Assembly: GCA_029717555.1 (NCBI GenBank)
Contig: JAMDHS010000048.1
Coordinates: 62,001 to 126,000, forward strand
Direction of reading: 5' to 3'
Origin: Peribolospora baueri
Lineage: Eukaryota
DNA length: 64,000 nucleotides
Shown here: positions 55,531 through 64,000 of the stretch, one piece after another
Numbering within the stretch: the stretch's first letter is position 1
Layout of the letters: each line of letters begins with the position of its first letter
Notes under the pieces: generated by a model
Seen by the model: the letters and a program-made list of their open reading frames with translations, nothing else
Databases searched by the model: none
What the model was told of the DNA's origin: nothing
Made by a program: the position numbers and the translations under genes

Positions 55531-56349
55531 CGGGAAGCACGAGACGCGCGACCTATCGCTCGCTCTCCCTCTCTCTCTTTCTTCTCTTCTCCCAAGTGTA
55601 GTCTATACTTTACCCATCCCCGTTCGCTCGGCCAGTGTCTGTCCCATCCCATGTACCGTACATACGTCACTTCCCCAATCCCAGTCCCTTCTTCGTTCCC
55701 CTTCATCCCCCATCCTCCCTTTCCTCCCGCCTTTCCCTTTCCCTCTCCCTCTCCCCCTACCCCATCCCCTCCCTCCCCTACCCCCCGTCCGTAAGGGACC
55801 CAAAGACGTGCCTAGAATGACAGACATCGATTTGATTCGGTCCGTTCGTTCCGTCGGCTTGGAGCAGAAGGGAGAGACGGCGCGGGATAGAAGACAAGAG
55901 GCGACGACGGCGGGACGAAGACGGAGGAAAACAAGGGATCTCGGTTACATGAGTCGCCGTCGATCTATCGATCGTACAGCAGACTAGCACGGGACCGGAC
56001 CAGAGGTTCGCCTGATCATGGATGGACACGCACATGGCTAACACGATACGGTGGAAAGAGGAGCGACAATATGCAATCGTCTACAGAGGGAAGGAAGCGG
56101 GCAAAGGGAAGGGGCGTGTCATGGCGGGACCGACTTGGGCCGTTTAGAGGAGGGTGAAAAGGAAAGGAAAAAGTCGCGAGGATAGGGAAAAGGGGAAGGC
56201 GAGAGAGAGGCAAAAAGGACACGATTCAGAGGGGGTGGCAAGGTAATGCGGATCGGGCGCCTCCTCGTTCCCAAAGGGGGACGCCTTTGGGCAAGGGGCG
56301 CGGTGGGCTGGGGCGGCGAGTTGCAAAGGGACGCCGCTCGGCGCGAGCG

Positions 56350-57554
56350 TCAAATACTACCGCGGCTGGCCTTGTACTTTTTGAATTCTTCCAAGTACTC
56401 AGCGTACGCCTTTTTGTGACGGTCCACGAAGGGCTAAAGGACGTCGAACGGTGGGCAAATGGAAAGCGAAAACGAGGTGATCCGTGGTCAGATGGACGGC
56501 CGAGCGGAGGGAGCGAGACGGGAGCGCCGGCCCTTGCCCATGTCCTTAACCCTTTTTCAAAACAAAGCAAGGCAAGGAGTGATTCTGCTCCACTCACCTT
56601 CTTCTCGGCATCACTCAGTGCCTTCCACTTCGTAGCGGCCTCTCTCAAGAAATCGAGACGTCCAACGTTAGCGCCGCCAGCTCCGATACTCTCGACTTCG
56701 AACATGTAAGTGAAGAACGGCGTGAGTGGCCTCTTGGGCGCGTGTGGGTCCCTGAGTAACTTGGGCAAGCCGGGGGCCTTTGGCCCCTTCCCCTCCTTCC
56801 TGGCCTTAATTTTGGCCGACCTTCGCGCGGACGCCTGGCGCTGGAAGTCGTCGGGGCTCAGCGACGAGATCCACTCGTCCATGGCGGCCTTCTGCTTTGC
56901 CTTTTCCTCCTCGTAGCGCGCCCTGTAAGCCTATAGGCGCGAGAGGATGGAATCACATCAGGTTGCGAGGATCGTGCGACCGCGGTCAGCCAATGGCCAC
57001 AATCGCCGATCGCCCGGTGTTCAGTTGAGCGGTATTTTCCTGCTCGGAAAGCCGGAAACCACACTTACCGCCTTCTCCGCATCGCCCAAAACACTCCATT
57101 GCTGACCAGCTTCCTTGGCAATTTTAATGATGTCCGGGACCATCTTGCCGTGCTTATCTGCCTTCATGTACTCGGGGTTATCCTTCTTGGCCGACCAGAC
57201 TTCCTGGGAGAATATCATGTAAGCTGACGCGGGCAACTTGGGCTTAGACTTGCCAGGCAAGGGAAGTGCCGGCTGCTTCTTCTCCTTCTCCACCTTGGTC
57301 TTCGGCTTCGTCTTCGTCGTCGGCTGCTTCTTCGCCGCGGACTTCTTGGCGCTGGCCTTTTTGGGAGACGAGCGGGCGGTAGACTTTTCCGCCGTGGGCT
57401 TGAGCTTTGTGTGGGTAGCCTTCGTGGAAAGGCCAGCGGAATAGCCTAGGGCGATGAGGGTGGGGGTGGGTGCGGGGCGCGAGGCGAGGAGCGAATGAAG
57501 CGCAAGGGGCTTTGGTTTGAGCGCAAGCGGCGCTCGAACGAAAGTGGAGAACAT
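56350..57554 (-). CDS. Two-HMG-box protein, likely mitochondrial nucleoid (Abf2/TFAM-like), three exons
   Basis: Basic presequence MFSTFVRAPLALK..., box 1 PKLPASAYMIF..GQQWSVLGDAEK, box 2 DPHAPKRPLTPFF..KWKALSDAEKK. Confidence 0.82.
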
Positions 57555-58015
57555 GGTGTCGGCGGGGGTCAGCACGAACGACCGTCGACGATGGTTGGGA
57601 TGGTTGTTGGTGGTTGTGTCGATCACGGATGAGGGGCTGTTCGTCGTCGGCTGGCCCGCTCGACGCGTCTCAGTCGCGCGCCTTGCGCTCGGACATACGC
57701 GGTCATGCACGACTACGACGCACTACGACGAGCACTGCGCGATCGCCTGCAATCATTCCTGTACAGGCCGGAATAAAATCGTGGGAATGTTGACTAGACG
57801 GACGAGACGAAGACGAGACACGCTTATCGCAATCCTTTCCATTGTCGTTCACGTTTCGACTTTCGGCACTCCTACGTGTGCGTGCGATGCAGAGTACAAT
57901 AATCTCGAGGCGCAGGCGAGACCCCGTCTGGGAGGACAGACAGAAGCAGTCTAGGGGGAAAAAAAAGGTGGAAGGGAATGGATATCTCCGCCGCCGCAGC
58001 CGCCGCTCTTCGCCT

Positions 58016-60165
58016 TCACTCCTTGTCCGTGCCTGTGTAGTGGTGCGAGCCCGGTACCGGCTCCAGCTCTTCCTCTTCGGCCAGCAGACGCTCCGCCTCC
58101 AAAGCCGCAATGCAGCCCGAACCCGCAGAGGTAATGGCTTGGCTGCAGGGACGGAGAAAACGGCGGAACGGACCCGTCAGCCGGACCAAGCCCATCCCAC
58201 CTCACGCTAGGAGGATGGTTCAGACGCTCACCGATACTTTTTGTCCTGCACGTCGCCCGCAGCAAACACGCCCTTGACGCTCGTCTGCGTCGTGCCAGGC
58301 TTGGTGACGATGTACCCGTCCTCGTCGCATTCGATCTGCCCGCGCACGAGGCCGGTGGCGGGCTCGTGTCCGATCGCATAGAACAGGCCGTTCACCTCCA
58401 AGTCCTTCTCCTCGCCCGTTCGGACATCTTTGATGCCAATGGATCGCAAAAGGTCACCGTCGCCCTTGGCAGCCGTCGCGACGGTGTTGAAGAGGACGGT
58501 CACTTTGGGATGGTTGAGCAAGCGCTTGGCCATGATCTTGGACGCCCGGAGCTCTGCCGGGAGGCGACCGCGAGAACGTAGGAAATTCGAGACCGAAGGA
58601 AGAGGGAAGAGAAAACGTCAGCACCGTGCACGACTACAACTACAAACCCGAAAGGTGAGCACCCTCCAGAGCGACAGGAACGAAACTCACCTCCTCGGCG
58701 CACGAGCACGTAAACGTGGCTAGCGTACTTGGTCAGATACGTCGCCTCCTCGGCGGCAGAGTCTCCACCACCGATGACTGCCAACGGCTTGTTCCTGAAA
58801 ATGGGCACCGCACCGTCGCACACGGCGCAAGCGGAGATGCCGCTCTGCCAGTACGTCTCCTCTCCTGGTAGGTTCATCCGCTTGGCCGAGGCGCCCGTGG
58901 CAATAATCACCGTGTCCGCCAATTCCGGAGCCTCATCCTCCCTCCCCTCACGCCAGTACTTGAAAGGCCGCTCAGAGAGGTCAAGTTTGGACACCGTCTC
59001 GGTGAAAATCTTGGTGCCGAACCGCTCCGACTGAGCTCGGAATTTGTCCATGATATCCGGTCCCCTGATGCCTTCCGGGAAACCTGGATGCGGAGTCAAG
59101 GCGTCAGCAAGCTTCTTGACAGCAAAAAGCGATTCGCTTCCGAGAGGCAGCCGCTGAGGACGCTCTAACGCCGAACATCGCTCTCCCACTGATGCGACAT
59201 ACCCTGGGGCCTCACCAGCCGACAACCACACTCCCCCAAACACTCGCATCCCTTTCCTTTCTTTCCCTCTCCCAGAGCTATGATTTAGGATGCTCACCGG
59301 GAAAGTTTTCGACATCAGTAGTCGTGGTCAGTTGCCCTCCTGGCGCGAAGCCATTAGCGAGCATGCCCTGAGGGGGAGCGGGGGAAGAGAAGCGAGCGCA
59401 AACGCAGAGCATCTACATCAGCTGCTCTCGAGAGAAAGTTTGTACGTGCGCCAATGCGCTCTTTTTTCACATGAAAGTCCTCTATTCACCTCAAAAAGAA
59501 CGGGCTCGAGGTTAGCTCGCGCAAGGTAAATTGCGGCGGTGTGGCCGGCGGGACCAGAGCCAATGATCACCTGCGAGAGGGGCGAAAGCGAGAGTCGGAG
59601 GGTCAGTTGTGGCACGGGAGGAGGAAGATGACCTCCCGCATATCACGAGCGTCCAGGAGCGGGCGGAAATGCTTTGAACAGAGGCGATACTCACCACCTT
59701 GTGCCTGATAGGCTGCTTCACATCACCGTTCGGTACGGGTGCCATCTTGTTCTCGCTGTCACTGCTTCTAGCGTTCTGTTGATCGGTGTCCGGCGAAGAT
59801 GTCGAAAACAGTGCGGCGTTGCCTAGTGCAACGGTGGCAACGGTTCGGAAGGCAAAGGAAGGGGCGGATGCGGGGCGGAAGGACGCTCGCGAGGAGAAGG
59901 GGAACGACGACGCTGGAGCAGAGCCGGCGGTAAGGAGAGCAAAGGGAAGATGAGTTCGCAGTCCCGGTCGTACGAGGGGGGTTGCGAAGGAGCGAGTGGC
60001 GAGAGGAAACAGGATGGCGGAGGGATGGAGACGTGGAAGTGGGCGAAGACTGAAGCGATGCAAGCCTGCGCTGCCTCCTCCTTGTATGTTGTGTATCCGA
60101 AAGGCGTTGGTGGCGATGGTGGTGGTGATGGCGATGGTGGACGAAGCGGACACTGCACGTCGCAT
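58016..60165 (-). CDS. TRR1: Low-molecular-weight thioredoxin reductase; alternative in-frame start at 59745
   Basis: [50 protein letters not shown] and [21 protein letters not shown]. Confidence 0.95.
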
Positions 60166-60664
60166 GGAAATGGAGGAAGCCTGTCGAAGGAATCCATCAT
60201 CCAACCACTCCGGCCGGTCCGGTCGTCGTCCCGTTGCGCGGAGACGCCCGTCGGACTTAACGGAGCAGAGCACCCCATAACCCTACTCTTGCGCCTCACC
60301 GTTGCCCGACAGCTTGCCGATACGCCCTTCCGGGTTTCACATGTATTGGGACGACGGCGACCCGCTGCTCTCCACTCCACGCGCCAGCCTCGTCGGATCA
60401 AGAAGTCGGAAAGACCTTTTTCGCGGCGCTCGCTGTGACGCAACAAACAAACAGGAGCCGGGGCTCCTCTCCTCGCCTTGCCAGCCAGGAACAAGTAAGT
60501 GATCGCTCAGGGCACGCCGCCCACACGCGCGCCGGGTTTGTCAGCGAGAGAACGACCAGCCATGCGCACTCACCGCCCGCCAGCGGACGTTGACGAAGAG
60601 CGACGACATCATATCAAAAGCGAATCGCCTCGTCGGACGACGATCGAACTAACATACTGCACCA

Positions 60665-61479
60665 ATGACCAGCGCAAGTCTCGCCACGGCCTCCGAAGCA
60701 GAGCGCGACGCCATTTCCCGAGACCGAGAAGAGCAGCTCCTACGCGCGGCCGTCAGAATGAACACCGTCATCGTCACCCCTCCTGGAGACCCGCGCACCG
60801 AACTTGAGGGGCGACATCTCGTTGATCCTGATTTGGAGGCCGGAGCGAGGGGGTTGAGAAAGGACGTCTTCCCTTCTGAGCCCCCGCCGCCGCTGTCGCC
60901 GCCATCCGGACTCGGGGCGGGCGAAGAAGGAGCAGAGGCCGGTTCGTCGTCACCCCCCTCAAAAAGAAAGGCGACCTCAGCCGCGCGGCTGGTGGTCGAC
61001 CCCATCCACCCGCCTTCCTTTCCTCCTCTTCGAGGCTACATGGGACGGATCCCCCCACCCCCTCCCCTTCCCCCTCCTCGAACCTCATTCTCTCCAGCAC
61101 CCGGAGGGCCCGCGGGAGCCAGTGGCGGCATAGCCGGGTATCCAAGCGCACCGGTAGGGCCAATGACGGAGGAATGTTGGGACAGGGTAGCGCGACGTGC
61201 GGCAAGGAGGAGATTTTTCAAGGCCTTCCTTTGGGCCGTCGCCATTTACGTCCTCGCTTGCTTCGCTGGAGGAGGGTTCCCGGCCCTGACACGGATGAAG
61301 GTGAGTGCCCGTCCATCACTGGCCCGTGCCGAACAGGAAGAGGAAAGGTTCTCGCTGCAAGCCAGTCCTATTTTGAAAGGAAGGAGAAGGGGTGTTTAAT
61401 CGTGCCGCCGCATTCCCCATCGCGAAGAATCCACCATCAGGATCTCCCCAACCTCACTACCCACACGTCGCCCGCGTAA
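60665..61479 (+). CDS. Uncharacterised Pro-rich protein with a C-terminal transmembrane segment
   Basis: ORF contains RAARRRFFKAFLWAVAIYVLACF. Donor GTGAGT at 61301; the short last exon is inferred. Confidence 0.6.
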
Positions 61480-64000
61480 CCCCAGCGACAGCACGAGGAC
61501 AGTCATCCGACAGGAGGTATTGAGGCATTGACCGTTGTCGTTCTCTGGTGAGCTGACTCAAGACCAGGGACAAGGTAATTTGTAGGGTGGGAGTGATGAT
61601 CGTCTGCTCAGGCCGACATCAGGGCCAGCTAACGCGGCTTCCAACGCGCACCTGCTTTCTTGGAGGCCTGCAGCGGGCACGTAGCGTTGACTGCGTAGGC
61701 CTACGGCTTGGCACTGGTCACCATTTGCCACCGCCGTTACATATCCCTTACTCTTGGTGTTCGATCTCTCAGCAGTCCTCGATGTCACGGGTGAGAGACC
61801 GTGGCATCCGAAATGCCTCCCTCGGTGGGCGATGGGGGAATGCTGGCGTCCTTCGCGCAGATACGTGCGGGAGGGGGGGAGGGACGAAAATTTCTTCATA
61901 CGTGTGCTTCGATACCGAGAAGAAGAGTGCAAAGCAGTCTTTGTCTCAGCACAACTGTCTCGCCACCATCATTGGCCCGTGCGTAATAAGGAGTCTGCGC
62001 TGCGGTGCTTCCCGTCCGACCTAACTTCCGTCGTCGCGCGTTCGCGCCTTCCACCGCCAAAGCTCGTAGCGCTCATCTCGAATGTCCCGAAGCAGCGGCG
62101 TCAGCGTCAGCGTGCTGCCTCGCTACCGAGAGTGGACAAAGCTGCCGTAGTCTAGGTTAGGACAGCTGACGTGCCCGACACCGTCACTAGCGTGCGCAGG
62201 CGTCCACACGCCGACCGTGTCCAATTTGACCACCGGAGCTGGTCTTCCTCCATTCCTCATATCTTCCTCCTCCTTCAGATCTTCCAACCGCTGTGAACAA
62301 CCTTCTTGACCCTCCTTTCTGTGTTTCATACCACATCCCATATCCCCCATATCTCAGAGACACTCGTTGCTCCTTTCTTTTCATTTGTCTACTTTCTCCC
62401 TACCAGAGTTCGACACTTTGAACCATGGCAGCTCTCAGCCCTCCCCGACCTTCAGTCCCCGTCAAGCCTCACTACCCGGGCTCCGGACCTCGGGCCAGCA
62501 GCAAGAGCGCCACACAGGCTGAACAAAGGTCTGGCCCCTTTGCCTTCTGGTCGGGCAAGCGAAAGGAGCAGGCGGAGGTCGGTTTGAACTGGATCGCTTT
62601 CCTGATCCCGTATTTCGTGGCTAAATGCTCCTTCTTTCTGCTTTCCTTGCTTCCTGCCACCGGTACTGCCCGCGCTCAGAAGACTCCGTCCCGTCCTATT
62701 CCAGGGTTCAAACCTCGTCGAGCCATCGACCCAGTTGTGCACCTCTCCACTCGTCCTCCACCAGCCGGGCCACCTCCTACCTCGCACCAGAGCACCTTTC
62801 CGAAACCAAGCGCTCTCTCTCATATTTTTAGCATTTTTGCCACGCCAAAGCGGGGAAGTAAACCCGTCGGCAAGTCTGGTCGCCGTTCAGAGGCCAAACA
62901 TGTCAACGAGGCCGATACAGGGCGCGTGGCGGTCATTGCGAAAGAGGTCGTGCCGAATGGGACAACCCGGCGTCGACCCAGGGCCAACTCTGCACCAGCT
63001 GCTACTCGCGGATATGTGAAGAAAGTCAGCGAGAATCACCTGTCTCCGCTACCGGTACCTTCACTTTCTGTCACGTCAGCTCAAGGAGAAGGTCGATCGT
63101 CCGTTTCTCGCCCTCGGCACCCTTCTTTCCCTCGTCCACACATACCCTCCCTCGCCGTCCATACTCGGACGCCCAAAGTCTCCCTCGCTCGTGCGACTAA
63201 ATCAGCAACGTCCCGTTTCCTCCACTTGCATCATCGCGATGCGGACTCGCGACGAGGAGGAGGTCTCTGGGGAACGAGGCAGAAGCACAGCAGCGTTGAC
63301 AGCTTTATGTGTAAGGGCATCGAGAGGGGGTTCAAATCCCCCGACCGCGCCGGATGGAGCTACGGACCCGCCGCGCGCTCTAATGGAATCGGGATTTCCG
63401 GCCAGACCAACCACGTCGAGAAGCGCCTGCCGCGGTGCGCTCAAGGCACTCTTTTTCCTGGCAAGGCAACCGAAGCCGCTACCCGTCCACGACTGCCATC
63501 GACTGCCAATGCATCGGCGCCAGGACGTGACGTGCAAAAGGATCGCGCGCCGTCCCTGGCGTCCTCGCGCACTCTACAGGAGCATCCTGCTCAAGTCTTC
63601 ATCTCAAGGGTGCCGTCGTCGTCCGAGCGCATACATGCTCGAGAGACCCAAGAAAGCCAGAGCTTTCCCCAGGTCCATCGTGCTTCCATTCCGAGCTCGA
63701 CCTTGCCAGATTCGCTTTCTCGGATGGTGACCACGGCGAGCCCCGGCGCGCGCCCCACCAATCACCGCCGGGGCGGCCGTCACGTCACGGCGGGCGAGTT
63801 GGCTGTCTTAGGACTCGTCCCCTCCTCTCCCAGGCCGTCGTCCCGCTTTCGCTCTTCGTCGCCTGCTTGTCTCTCGCCGGCGAAGTTGAACTCCGGCTCC
63901 AACGTTCCGCCACCCGTAGACTTCACAGTGAAGAAGGAGCAATGCACGCCTCCTAGTCGCGCCTGTAGGGAGCGGCGTGTCCGTGAGAAGAAGAGAGCAG

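Noticed and set aside
61500..64000. Possible gene in the last 2.5 kb
   Set aside because: Frames are interrupted by stops and no family motif is recognisable.

Overview
This is GC-rich, intron-rich fungal genomic DNA, most likely a basidiomycete (inferred from gene set and intron style: GTGAGT/GTAAGT donors, CTRAC branch points). About 20 protein-coding genes can be reconstructed by splicing the ORF fragments: CFD1, a PXA1-type ABCD transporter, ERV29/SURF4, BMT2, UPF0183/PHAF1, PGI1, a PTEN-like phosphatase, ADA3, FTA4, a cytochrome-b5-fused acyl-CoA dehydrogenase with PTS1, a salicylate-hydroxylase-like monooxygenase, TRM61, an S1/P1 nuclease, a mitochondrial HMG-box protein, thioredoxin reductase and several uncharacterised proteins. 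Features not visible in the ORF track include a 582-bp TA-flanked pogo/Tc1-mariner-type MITE (52801-53382), a BTB-domain pseudogene whose point lesions all fit C>T/G>A transitions, a hairpin-dense non-coding block (about 47960-48300), several 9-21 nt microexons lying in conserved motifs, and a ~109-aa double Cys/His-motif protein. No CRISPR array, rRNA or convincing tRNA was seen. I could not establish a new multi-gene system from sequence alone. All family assignments come from motif recognition, not database searches.
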